A stretch of 64,000 bases of DNA from Candidatus Omnitrophota bacterium (GTDB taxonomy: Bacteria > Omnitrophota > Gorgyraeia > Zapsychrales > Zapsychraceae): positions 4,041 to 68,040 of the forward strand of contig JAIORP010000171.1 of assembly GCA_021108075.1 (NCBI GenBank). The letters are read 5' to 3'. A model generated the notes under the pieces. It was not told where the DNA came from and searched no databases. It saw nothing but the letters and a program-made list of their open reading frames with translations. Below are positions 16,908-26,344 of the stretch, one piece after another (positions within the stretch are counted from its first letter, which is position 1; each line of letters begins with the position of its first letter). The translations under genes and the position numbers were made by a program.

Positions 16908-18265
16908 AAACTGGTCTCCGGGACGGTTTTCATAATTTTCTCAAGAAAATGTGTTGACACTTTCCCATCTAAAAACAATTGGTGTTTGAGAATATCGAGG
17001 TGGAGCGGAATTGTCGTCTTGATAGGACTAATATAAAACTCTTCCAACGCGCGGGTCATAATGGCAATGGCCTCGGTGCGGTCTTTCCCGTAAGTGATTA
17101 ACTTTGCCACCATGGAGTCATAGTACGGGCTAATCACATACCCGGAATAAATATGTGTGTCTAAACGGACACCAAATCCGCCGGGCAGATTCAACTCTTC
17201 GATTTTGCCTGGAGAAGGCATAAAATTGTTTGCCGGATCTTCGGCATTAATGCGGCACTCAATCGCTGCGCCCTCAATCACAATGTCTTCTTGCTTTAAT
17301 GTCATCTTTTGGCCCGCGGCAACTTTTATCTGCTCTTTAACCAAATCTATCCCGGTCACCATCTCTGTTACAGGATGCTCGACTTGAATACGGGTATTCA
17401 TTTCCATAAAATAAAACTCTCCGGAGCTGTTCAACAAAAACTCAATTGTTCCAACACCACGGTAATCAACAGCCTTGGACGCCTTGATGGCAACCTCGCC
17501 CATTTTTTTTCTTAATCGGGAAGTCAATGCTGGCGATGGAGCTTCCTCTAATAATTTCTGATGACGCCGCTGGATGCTACAGTCCCGTTCCCCTAAATGG
17601 ATGACATTGCCATAGTTATCGGCGAGGATCTGAAATTCGATATGACGCGGGTCAAGAATATACTTCTCGATATAAACATCTGAATTTCCAAAATTGGCTT
17701 CGGCTTCATTCTTCGCCATGATGTAGGAACTGATCAACGTCATATCATTATGACAGACCCGCAGCCCTTTACCACCACCTCCCGCAGCGGCCTTGATAAT
17801 AACAGGATATTTAATTTTCTTAGCAACATCTAAAGCCTCGGACTTATCCTTGATAACACCTCTTCCCCCCGGGGTCTGTGGCACACCTGTTTTTTGCATG
17901 GTCTGCTTGGCTACCACCTTATCTCCCATGGCACGAATTGTTTCTGGCTTTGGGCCGATAAATGTAATATTGCATGACTCACAAATCTCTGCAAAATGAG
18001 CGTTCTCAGCTAAAAAGCCATACCCGGGATGAATCGCTTCAACATCCGTGATCTCCGCCGCTGAAATGATAGCGGGAATATTTAAATAACTGTCCAAGCT
18101 TGATGCTGGCCCGATACAAAGAGCTTCATCCGCAAAACGGGCATGCAATGAATTCCGGTCTGGTTCAGAAAAGATCGCGACCGTGCGGATATTTAATTCC
18201 CGACAGGCGCGGATAATTCTTAAAGCGATTTCACCACGATTAGCAATTAATATTTTTGAAAACAT
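16904..18265 (-). CDS. accC: Acetyl-CoA carboxylase, biotin carboxylase subunit
   Basis: 453 aa, ATP-grasp biotin carboxylase; clear homology over the full length. Confidence 0.95.
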   Translation of the reverse strand: MFSKILIANRGEIALRIIRACRELNIRTVAIFSEPDRNSLHARFADEALCIGPASSLDSYLNIPAIISAAEITDVEAIHPGYGFLAENAHFAEICESCNITFIGPKPETIRAMGDKVVAKQTMQKTGVPQTPGGRGVIKDKSEALDVAKKIKYPVIIKAAAGGGGKGLRVCHNDMTLISSYIMAKNEAEANFGNSDVYIEKYILDPRHIEFQILADNYGNVIHLGERDCSIQRRHQKLLEEAPSPALTSRLRKKMGEVAIKASKAVDYRGVGTIEFLLNSSGEFYFMEMNTRIQVEHPVTEMVTGIDLVKEQIKVAAGQKMTLKQEDIVIEGAAIECRINAEDPANNFMPSPGKIEELNLPGGFGVRLDTHIYSGYVISPYYDSMVAKLITYGKDRTEAIAIMTRALEEFYISPIKTTIPLHLDILKHQLFLDGKVSTHFLEKIMKTVPETSL

Positions 18266-18307
18266 AGAGTTTATTCGTCCCTTCCAGATATTACGAGCTT
18301 AAAATTA

Positions 18308-18778
18308 TTATAAAGGTTCAATCAAAAACAATGTCTGACCAAATTCGATTGGTTGCGCATTCTCAATAGGGATCTCGACAATCTTCCCGCGAACTTCTGC
18401 TTTTATTTCATTCATCAATTTCATCGCTTCCAGAATGCATACAACCTGCCCCTCTTCCACCACCTGGCCAACTTCAATATAAGGCGGTGAATCCGGTGAG
18501 GGTGCCCGGTAAAAAGTTCCCACCATAGGAGCCTTTAACTCGACACAATTGGAGTTTACGTCCGGGGCGGACTGAGAAACATCTGCCCCTGACGAAACGA
18601 ATTGATTAACAGGAGCAACCTGGTAAGCAGGTGGTTGTTGAATCGGTATCATCTGTACGGACGCTTCATCATGACCTTTTTTTAATTTAATTTTTACGCC
18701 TTCTCTTTCAATCTCAAGTTCCGTAATATTATTATCATTCATGAGATTAACCATTTCACGCAATTCTTTTAAATTCAT
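18308..18778 (-). CDS. accB: Biotin carboxyl carrier protein
   Basis: C-terminal biotinyl domain with the EAMKLMNEI motif. Confidence 0.9.
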   Translation of the reverse strand: MNLKELREMVNLMNDNNITELEIEREGVKIKLKKGHDEASVQMIPIQQPPAYQVAPVNQFVSSGADVSQSAPDVNSNCVELKAPMVGTFYRAPSPDSPPYIEVGQVVEEGQVVCILEAMKLMNEIKAEVRGKIVEIPIENAQPIEFGQTLFLIEPL

Positions 18779-19341
18779 TTTTTTACCCTTTCAACATATT
18801 CTCCGGTTCGAGTATCAATTTTTATCATATCCTCTATTTCAATAAATAAAGGCACTTGAATTGTCGCATCTGTTTCAATTGTAGCAGGTTTTGTTCCCGC
18901 ACGGGACGTATCGCCCTTGAATCCCGGTTCTGTATGCGTAATTTCCATTTCAACAAAAGTCGGCAAAATAACTTTGAGAACCTTTTCATTTAAAGAAAGG
19001 GCCTCAATTTCTAAATTTTCTTTTAAAAATTTGACATTATCACCTAATATGTCTTCGGTGACAACAACTTCTTCATACGTCGTGTAATCCATAAAATGAT
19101 ACCCATCCCCGCTGCGGTAAAGGTTCTGCAACTTCCTTTCCTCTAAAGGAACATCATCTAATTTGTCAGCTGTTTTATACGTCCGTTCAACAACCTGATC
19201 TGTCTTTATATTTTTTAATTTAATGCGAACAAACGCGCTGCCCTTGCCCGGTTTGACATGTTGATAATCCGTCACCAGGTACAGGTTGCCATCAACGTTT
19301 AAGGCGATGCCCGAAGCAACTTGATTAATAGATATCGTCAC
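18775..19341 (-). CDS. efp: Elongation factor P
   Basis: 188 aa, HVKPGKGSAFVRIKLKN loop region. Confidence 0.9.
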   Translation of the reverse strand: MTISINQVASGIALNVDGNLYLVTDYQHVKPGKGSAFVRIKLKNIKTDQVVERTYKTADKLDDVPLEERKLQNLYRSGDGYHFMDYTTYEEVVVTEDILGDNVKFLKENLEIEALSLNEKVLKVILPTFVEMEITHTEPGFKGDTSRAGTKPATIETDATIQVPLFIEIEDMIKIDTRTGEYVERVKK

Positions 19342-20374
19342 TTAACACCTCACAATCTTCTTTATGGACTAAAATCATATCTTCAATTCGAAGGCCATAT
19401 TTCAGGGGGACATAAACACCTGGTTCAATGGTGATAATCATCCCTTCTTTCAGGATGGATTGATTTCTTTGTGATACTCGAGGACTTTCATGAACATCTA
19501 AACCAACGCCATGACCAAGGGCATGCGTAAAATAACGGGATAACCGGCCCGCCTCCAATACATTTCGTGCTTCACGGTCAATATCAGCAACCGCCGTGCC
19601 CGCTTGAATTTTGCTGATAGCTGCTCGTTGTGCTGTCCTAAGAATTTGATATGCCCTTAAAATTATTTGGGGTATTTTACCCAAAAAAAACATACGTGTC
19701 AAGTCGGTCTTATAGCCATTCAGGTCTATTCCCCAATCAACCAGGACCCAATCATCTCGTCGACAAACTCGATCTGTGACCCGGGCATGCGGCAAACAGG
19801 CATTCGGGCCGGAAGCCACGATCGTGTCAAAAGATAAAGCGCCCCCCTTTGATCTGATAAACGCCTCCAGTTTCCTGGAAATCTCTCTTTCAGTCAGGCC
19901 AGGTTTGATCGTTTTCTTTAAATATTGCCATGATTTCTTATGGAGTTGAAGCCCTTGACGAATATGAGAGACTTCGAGGGCTGTCTTAATCTCACGCAAA
20001 TGTTCGATGAGACTATTCTTTTCTACGAGTTTCATCCCCTTCAATTCCCGGCGCATCTTCTTATATCCCGAATAGGTTAAGTGATTCCCATCAAAGCCCA
20101 AAGACGTTAACTGATGCTTTTCTAACAGCTGATGCACCATCGCCTCTCTCGAATCCTTCCATTCTTTCACAGAAATTCCAGCCAATCCCTGCCGGGCTTC
20201 TGTGGTATAACGCGCATCCGTAATATAATATGTCTTGGGAGGAACTAACAATAACCAGGAATCACTTGAAGAGAAGTCAGTCAAATAGGTGATATTAAGA
20301 GGGCGCGTTACCAGATAAGCCGATATCTTATTTTTATGTAAAGATTGAATGAATCGTTTTATTTTTTGCGTCAT
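19325..20374 (-). CDS. pepP: Xaa-Pro aminopeptidase (M24B)
   Basis: Creatinase N-domain plus a pita-bread domain with metal ligands (D, D, H, E, E; HALGHGVGLDVHE). The track start at 20440 is TTG; I prefer the ATG at 20374 (MTQKIKRF...). Confidence 0.75.
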   Translation of the reverse strand: MTQKIKRFIQSLHKNKISAYLVTRPLNITYLTDFSSSDSWLLLVPPKTYYITDARYTTEARQGLAGISVKEWKDSREAMVHQLLEKHQLTSLGFDGNHLTYSGYKKMRRELKGMKLVEKNSLIEHLREIKTALEVSHIRQGLQLHKKSWQYLKKTIKPGLTEREISRKLEAFIRSKGGALSFDTIVASGPNACLPHARVTDRVCRRDDWVLVDWGIDLNGYKTDLTRMFFLGKIPQIILRAYQILRTAQRAAISKIQAGTAVADIDREARNVLEAGRLSRYFTHALGHGVGLDVHESPRVSQRNQSILKEGMIITIEPGVYVPLKYGLRIEDMILVHKEDCEVLSDDIY

Positions 20375-20436
20375 AATTGAGCGGGTGTATAAGGATAAAT
20401 AATACCTATCATCAATCGTGCACGCGCCTTCACCGA

Positions 20437-20877
20437 TCAAGTGTTGGTGATATCGCTCGACGCCTGCAGGGCTAACAAATAACTATCGGCTCCGAAACCA
20501 CTGATCTGTCCATAACAGACAGGTGCGATTAAAGAGGTGTGGCGAAATTCCTCACGCGAATGAATATTGGACAAATGGACTTCAATCGCAGGGATCTCTA
20601 CTGCAGCCACTGCATCCCGGATAGCGATACTTGTGTGGGTATATGCGGCCGGGTTAATAATGAGAACCGCTATGTCTTCGTCCTTCACTCTTCCAATCTT
20701 ATCAACGATTTCGCCTTCATGATTCGATTGAAAGACACTTAAATCCATACCGTATTCTTGCGCCTTATCGCGCAACATCGCATTGATCTGATCCAACGTT
20801 AAATCGCCATATATATCGGTTTCTCTCTGGCCTAACAATTGAAGATTAGGGCCATGAATGACAAGAACTTTTTTCAT
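20437..20877 (-). CDS. aroQ: 3-dehydroquinate dehydratase, type II
   Basis: [20 protein letters not shown]-terminus. The track start (20895) is TTG; the ATG at 20877 has an AGGAGA Shine-Dalgarno 7 nt upstream. Confidence 0.9.
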   Translation of the reverse strand: MKKVLVIHGPNLQLLGQRETDIYGDLTLDQINAMLRDKAQEYGMDLSVFQSNHEGEIVDKIGRVKDEDIAVLIINPAAYTHTSIAIRDAVAAVEIPAIEVHLSNIHSREEFRHTSLIAPVCYGQISGFGADSYLLALQASSDITNT

Positions 20878-20907
20878 CTTTTTATCTCCTGACAACGGTC
20901 GCTGCGC

Positions 20908-21063
20908 TTACTTTTCAGCCTGATCAATCAACATAATGGGAATGTCATCTTTAATCGGATATTTGAGGCCACACTGCTGACACACGATTTTATCTTCTTT
21001 CTCGACGACATCACCTTTACACGATGGACAAGCGAGGATGTCCAATAATGCCCGGTCAATCAT
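20908..21063 (-). CDS. Trm112-like zinc-ribbon small protein (UPF0434), 51 aa
   Basis: Hand translation: MIDRALLDILACPSCKGDVVEKEDKIVCQQCGLKYPIKDDIPIMLIDQAEK, with CPxC...CxxC. Below the track's 60-aa cutoff. The ATG overlaps the stop of the upstream ORF (TAATG). Confidence 0.65.
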   Translation of the reverse strand: MIDRALLDILACPSCKGDVVEKEDKIVCQQCGLKYPIKDDIPIMLIDQAEK

Positions 21064-21326
21064 TATTCCATTCCTCCTGCGATTCGATTATACTTTCCTG
21101 ACAATTCTTCAACGGATGCATCCAACAAATGACATTCCGCATACGATAAATTCCCTTTTGTTTTATCCTGCAAGACAACCAGCGTGTCAATTAACAACTT
21201 CGCTTGCTTCAAATTCTGTTCAAGTCTCTGCGAGACAGGACTGGGAATTTCACCTAAAAAAACCATAGCCTGAAGGCCCAAACTCGTTAAATAATTGATA
21301 AATGTCAGATCAGAAGATTCCTTCAT
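21063..21326 (-). CDS. Conserved small hypothetical protein (87 aa), translationally coupled to the Trm112-like gene
   Basis: ATG start. Helical, with a KTKGNLSYAE motif. Possibly a DUF1844-like family, but I am not certain. Confidence 0.4.
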   Translation of the reverse strand: MKESSDLTFINYLTSLGLQAMVFLGEIPSPVSQRLEQNLKQAKLLIDTLVVLQDKTKGNLSYAECHLLDASVEELSGKYNRIAGGME

Positions 21327-21494
21327 ATTTTTAGATATTATATATAAATATTAATATTAGTAAGTTAACATTTACGGCATATTTTTGCAACACTTAAATC
21401 TATTGAGTCCGTTTCTCCGTCCCCAGAAGATATATTCTGCCATAAATCCCCATCAGACATGTGACTGTTGAATGATGTTGGTCTTCATTGCCGT

Positions 21495-22208
21495 TTACTG
21501 ACTCACTTCAAAAATAATTTCAATATTGAAAGAAAGTTCAGGATAATTAAGGACTTCCGGTAGTGGCGGGATCGTATTCTTAATATCATTGATACTTCTT
21601 AAGGCAAGTCTCTGAACACCGACATCAGCACGTGTTTTTTCAGGCACAACTCTGACAGCCTTTAAACGACCGCGAGAACTCACAAGAAAAGAAACATGAA
21701 CTTCTCCGGCTGAAAAATCAGGATGATTAGTATATTTATAGGCTTGTTTGATAATTTTTTGCCGCAGGTTACTGATGTATTTCAGGTAATCAGGATTAAC
21801 GATTTTTTCAGCCCGTACAGAGGGAATAGCCATCTGCCGCTTGCTCTCAAACGTTTCTATCTTGGGCATGTATATTTTTTTAGAGAACTTGACCTTTTCT
21901 TTTAATTTCGAAACGTCTTTGACCTTATGATTCTTCAAAGACGCGAAAGGGCTTTGTTGCCGGGACATGATATCCACTTTAAGAACATCCTTTTTTTTCT
22001 CTTTCACAATCTTAATGTCCTTGTATTTCTCATTGCTCTGCGGGGAATGTTTCACCTCCGGCGCGCTACTATAATAAACGACTTCCATCGATTTTACCGG
22101 CTGCCTCGTCTCTCTGGCCTCCGCCCTGGAAAAATATGCAATAAAACCGACGTGAAGCATCAAGGAAACCAAAATAGCACTGCGAAATATAATATCACCC
22201 ATATTCAT
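21495..22208 (-). CDS. TonB-family energy transducer-like protein
   Basis: N-terminal TM anchor, Lys-rich linker, and a C-terminal TonB-like domain (GEVHVSFLVSSRGRLKAVRVV...ELSFNIEIIF). Confidence 0.6.
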   Translation of the reverse strand: MNMGDIIFRSAILVSLMLHVGFIAYFSRAEARETRQPVKSMEVVYYSSAPEVKHSPQSNEKYKDIKIVKEKKKDVLKVDIMSRQQSPFASLKNHKVKDVSKLKEKVKFSKKIYMPKIETFESKRQMAIPSVRAEKIVNPDYLKYISNLRQKIIKQAYKYTNHPDFSAGEVHVSFLVSSRGRLKAVRVVPEKTRADVGVQRLALRSINDIKNTIPPLPEVLNYPELSFNIEIIFEVSQ

Positions 22209-22257
22209 GCCCTGTCCACGAATCGATCCATGTTTAACCTTAAATTTATTATAAATC

Positions 22258-22923
22258 TTATTTTGAAAATAGCTCTTTTAAAAAATAAATAATAAAGCGG
22301 TACGTATCTATTACCGGATTAATCTTACTCTTTTCATTGCGATAAATTGTCTCAACCGGGACAGATAAGACCGAAAATTTCTTCTTACTGGCCTTCATCA
22401 ACATTTCTGTCTCGATCTCATAACTGTTGCAGGTCAAAGACAAATCTTTCAGGACCGAGATACCGATGTAACGATAACCACACTGGGTATCCGGGATGGC
22501 TTGTCTACACGCCAAAGAAATGAGAAGCGACATTAAGCGATTGGTCATAGATCGCACAAATGGCATTTCTTTCGCCTGTGCCATCCGGTTGCCGTTAATC
22601 ATCACCTGCGGATTCTGCTCTGCGAGCTGAATAAAATTATCCACGTCAGATACCGCGTGTTGCCCGTCAGAGTCCATAACAATGACACCGTCATAATCAA
22701 GTGAAATGATGTGAGCAAATCCCTTACGCAGGGAAAAACCTTTACCGCTCTTTTGGGGGTTGTCAATGACATTTGCGCCGGCTTCACGCGCTATCTGCCC
22801 ACTGTTATCTATAGAGCCGTCATTGACAACAAAGACGTCGAGTTGTTTCTCCCTTAAAGACCGCACCAAAGGCCCAATTGTTTTTGATTCATTATAAGCT
22901 GGCAATAAGATACAAACTTTCAT
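22258..22923 (-). CDS. Family 2 glycosyltransferase (polyprenyl-phosphate sugar transferase-like)
   Basis: LLPAYNE...VVNDGSIDNS...DSDGQH (DxD) motifs. I prefer the ATG at 22923, which gives ATGA coupling with the lpxL-like stop; the track start is 22953. Confidence 0.8.
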   Translation of the reverse strand: MKVCILLPAYNESKTIGPLVRSLREKQLDVFVVNDGSIDNSGQIAREAGANVIDNPQKSGKGFSLRKGFAHIISLDYDGVIVMDSDGQHAVSDVDNFIQLAEQNPQVMINGNRMAQAKEMPFVRSMTNRLMSLLISLACRQAIPDTQCGYRYIGISVLKDLSLTCNSYEIETEMLMKASKKKFSVLSVPVETIYRNEKSKINPVIDTYRFIIYFLKELFSK

Positions 22924-23810
22924 GTCACCCAAAACCTTCTGAACATAATCCATTGTCCAGGGTATTGACGGATTTTATCTTCCATTATTGTAATGTATTT
23001 CTCCATAATTTCGATCATATAAGTGCTTTCTTGATTTTGCGGTTTTTTTTCGGGAAAAATCGGTTTTTCGATGATCAACTGAAATTTCGCGTTGTCTTTT
23101 CTAATCAAAAATACTGGAATGATCGGGGCCCCGGTTTTCACGGAAAAAGCCGCAGGACCTTTAGGGACGACTGTTTGACGGCCAAAAACTTTCAGGACCT
23201 CACCTTTATTGCTAAAATCTCTATCCGCAACAAGAGCGATTAATGTATTTTTCTTTAAAGCGGAAATACATCGACGAACGGCCGTGTTCGACGGCACGAC
23301 GGTTAAGCCTTTACCGGCTCTCTTCTTATTAAAAAAATTATTAACGGATTCTTCTTTATGCGGCAACGCAATGACGGTCAAAGGGTAACCTAATACCCCG
23401 AGCAAAGCACCGCCCAACTCCCAATTTCCGATATGCGCCGTCAAAATGATTCCACCTTTTCCTCGCGCTAAGGCTTCCTCAATGTATTTTAAATTCTGGA
23501 TCTGAACATTCTTTTCGATATAATTTTCTTTCAACATGCGTTCAACAAGAAAAAACTCAAGCAGGTATTGCCCAAAACCGCGAAAAACTTCGCGAACGGG
23601 CAAATTGACCTTATCTTCCCAGGGTAAAATACAGGTCAGGTTCTCGGTCACAGCCCGACGATCAATAATTGAGAACGCATATTTCACATCGCAAATAAAC
23701 CTTGCGATCAACCGAGAAACCCGCATAGGAAGTATATCCACAAAAAACTGTCCAAGACAAAAAAGAAAATATTTAAACATAAAGCTGAAAGATGTTCGCT
23801 TCCTTTTCAA
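22920..23810 (-). CDS. LpxL/HtrB-family lipid A (Kdo2-lipid IVA) late acyltransferase
   Basis: 296 aa with an N-terminal TM anchor and an LPLAT H(X)4D-type region (TAHIGNWE). The track start is TTG. Confidence 0.75.
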   Translation of the reverse strand: MKRKRTSFSFMFKYFLFCLGQFFVDILPMRVSRLIARFICDVKYAFSIIDRRAVTENLTCILPWEDKVNLPVREVFRGFGQYLLEFFLVERMLKENYIEKNVQIQNLKYIEEALARGKGGIILTAHIGNWELGGALLGVLGYPLTVIALPHKEESVNNFFNKKRAGKGLTVVPSNTAVRRCISALKKNTLIALVADRDFSNKGEVLKVFGRQTVVPKGPAAFSVKTGAPIIPVFLIRKDNAKFQLIIEKPIFPEKKPQNQESTYMIEIMEKYITIMEDKIRQYPGQWIMFRRFWVT

Positions 23811-23966
23811 CGCATCGATCTTGTACCCAATAAAAAAGAAGGCCCTTTAGTGACAGCCACCCCCTATAATGCGTTATATTTTATAATTATTTCCGACAAC
23901 AACCTTTAAAGGTGATCAACGAATGTCTGAATTTATCTTCTAATAGAGCGGATGTCCCGCGAAGAA

Positions 23967-25112
23967 TCAGGCAATATGATCTAAAATTAATTCAGCGATA
24001 TCCATCGCCGCATGTGGCCGGGCATTTTTGAAAGCGGCCTTCGACATGTCAACCAATCGATTGGGAGACTTTAGCAAAATATCGATCTCTTCGCCTATAT
24101 CACTGGTATCATCGACGCGGATACCGATACCCTGCTTAATAAGAAAATCCGTATTCCGCATTTCCTGACCGGGGATGGGATTGACAATGATCATCGGAAC
24201 TCCCTTGGCTAAAGACTCTGCGGTGGTCATCCCGCCTGGCTTTGTGATAATCAATGTCGAAGTCTCCATCAATTCATCAACATTCTTGGCGTATTCCATG
24301 ATTAAAATTTTTTTGCTCGATTTCCTTGCAACTTTTAAAAGACCATTCTGAATCTTTTTATTCACGCCCGTTAAAACGATCATCTGACACGATGTTTTAA
24401 TCTTACTTAAAGATTTCACAATCCCTTTGATGGGACCCAGGCCCTGGCCGCCGCCCATAACGAGTAAAGTTGGGACATGAGCATCTAATCCCAAATTTTC
24501 AGCAATAGGCTTCTTATCAAGTTGAGCGGCAAAAGACATTCGGATAGGTATTCCATAAACTTTAATCTTATCTGGATGAACGCCTTTTTGAATAAACCGT
24601 TCTTTTGCCTCAATGGATGGAACGATGTAATAATCAACGCCATCATTGATCCAAAAAGAATGTGGCGAGAAATCTGTTAAAACACCGACGAGTAAAATTT
24701 TCAGCCCGTACGCTTTCTTATAGTCAGCAACCATACCACACGGGAAAGCCTGCGTGCAAACAACCGCATCCGGATGATGCCGATTAAATAATTTTTTGAT
24801 CTTTTCGTGACTGGTCTTATGCAAAAAATTCTTAATGGATTGAGACTTTTTGACCACCCGGGGATTATCGTAAATAAAGTCCCAAACTTTCGGAGTGCGT
24901 TTGATCACACTCATGTAGGCCTTATTAACTATTTTCTCCAGGACAGGGTATGTATACCCAAATCCATTAACGGCAGGCACATCTAAGTCCGGACTTATTT
25001 GCTTTAAGCACTTTTGGATGGCTACCGTCGCCTGGCGATGTCCAGAGACTCGCGTTATATACATTAAAAGGATTCTTTTTTTATTTAACTTCTTTTGAGG
25101 ATTCATCATCAA
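23967..25112 (-). CDS. MGDG-synthase-family (GT28-like) glycosyltransferase; probable glycolipid/diacylglycerol glycosyltransferase
   Basis: N-terminal ILLMYITRVSGHRQA and a C-terminal GT-B domain (GGGQGLGP...TKPGG.T.AE). Confidence 0.7.
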   Translation of the reverse strand: MMMNPQKKLNKKRILLMYITRVSGHRQATVAIQKCLKQISPDLDVPAVNGFGYTYPVLEKIVNKAYMSVIKRTPKVWDFIYDNPRVVKKSQSIKNFLHKTSHEKIKKLFNRHHPDAVVCTQAFPCGMVADYKKAYGLKILLVGVLTDFSPHSFWINDGVDYYIVPSIEAKERFIQKGVHPDKIKVYGIPIRMSFAAQLDKKPIAENLGLDAHVPTLLVMGGGQGLGPIKGIVKSLSKIKTSCQMIVLTGVNKKIQNGLLKVARKSSKKILIMEYAKNVDELMETSTLIITKPGGMTTAESLAKGVPMIIVNPIPGQEMRNTDFLIKQGIGIRVDDTSDIGEEIDILLKSPNRLVDMSKAAFKNARPHAAMDIAELILDHIA

Positions 25113-25113
25113 T

Positions 25114-25362
25114 TTAACTCGACTCTATAACGGCCAAAGTTGCACCGACGGCCACTTCTTCTTTTTCCTTATAGCGAATTTCCTGAACGACACCTGTTTG
25201 AGGTGCCGGGACAACAAAAGAAGCCTTGTCCGTAACAACTTCAACGAAGTCATCATCCACATGGACATCTTGCCCCGGCTGCACACACCAGAGCGCAATA
25301 ATCGCCTTGGTGATCCCTTCTCCCAAGTCTGGCAACAGCACTTCTCGATTCACTTTCTTCAT
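25114..25362 (-). CDS. Stand-alone lipoyl/biotinyl-attachment domain protein (82 aa)
   Basis: E2-like lipoyl domain: DLGEGITKAIIALWCVQPGQDVHVDDDFVEVVTDKASFVVPAPQTGVVQEI with the conserved acceptor Lys in TDKA. Immediately downstream of lipB. Confidence 0.65.
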   Translation of the reverse strand: MKKVNREVLLPDLGEGITKAIIALWCVQPGQDVHVDDDFVEVVTDKASFVVPAPQTGVVQEIRYKEKEEVAVGATLAVIESS

Positions 25363-26031
25363 CTAAACTTTTACCGGTTGAGGCTCCCACTTCCCGAGGA
25401 TCCGAAGGTTAAATGTATTTTTAAAAAGACGAATAATATCTTGTTTGATCAAGCCGAGATCCATAACTTCTTTTGTCTGATCCGCAATCGATGTCATACT
25501 GACATCTAGTCCGCAGGGCTTAATTAAAGAATAATATCTAAGAGGAATATGCACATTCAGGCTTAAACCATGATACGTCACCCAGCACCGCACACCAATG
25601 CCAATAGAACATATTTTCCGGTTCCTGATCCAAACGCCTGTGTATCCCGCCTTTCTGCTCGCTACGAGGCCATATTGGTCCAACAATTCAATGACAACCC
25701 CTTCCAGGGCCCTTAAATACACATGCAAATCCTGGCGCCATTGCCGCAGGTCCAATATCGGATATACAATTAATTGCCCCGGGGCATGCAAAGTAACATC
25801 CCCACCCCGGTCAATGTCACAAACCATAACCCCATTCTTAGATAAAACCGAGCGGGGTGTGCGGATGTGCTCCGCTTTGCCTGAGCGACCAATTGTTATT
25901 GTCAACGGATGTTCACAAAAAAGAATGGTTGATATTTTTCTTTCAACGACATCCTTTACGGCATCCAATTGAATTTGATAGGCTTCTCGATAGGTCTTAA
26001 GGCCTAAATCAACAAAGCTACAGTCTAACAT
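25363..26031 (-). CDS. lipB: Octanoyl-[ACP]:protein N-octanoyltransferase
   Basis: 222 aa, BPL/LPL catalytic-domain pattern (RGGDVTLHAPGQLV...K.C). Confidence 0.85.
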   Translation of the reverse strand: MLDCSFVDLGLKTYREAYQIQLDAVKDVVERKISTILFCEHPLTITIGRSGKAEHIRTPRSVLSKNGVMVCDIDRGGDVTLHAPGQLIVYPILDLRQWRQDLHVYLRALEGVVIELLDQYGLVASRKAGYTGVWIRNRKICSIGIGVRCWVTYHGLSLNVHIPLRYYSLIKPCGLDVSMTSIADQTKEVMDLGLIKQDIIRLFKNTFNLRILGKWEPQPVKV

Positions 26032-26344
26032 TTATTTTTCCTTGATACGTTTTTCCTGCGCCGACAAGAAATGAATAGTATCCCTGCAACCCATTTCACT
26101 GAAGAGCGGTCATCGTCAAAACACCTCCACTGAAATAAATAAATCCATCGCATTCAAATGATCGGTCAATCAAAAAAAGTATTATGCGCCCTCATTAAAA
26201 ATATTAATGTGCATTTCTTTACATATTAATATTGAAGATATTGTATCATACTAATATTATTATCAAAATATCTATCACAAAAAAAAGGCCAACTCTTTAA
26301 ATGAAAAAATAACATTAAAGATCTGACCTTTGACACATAATAGA

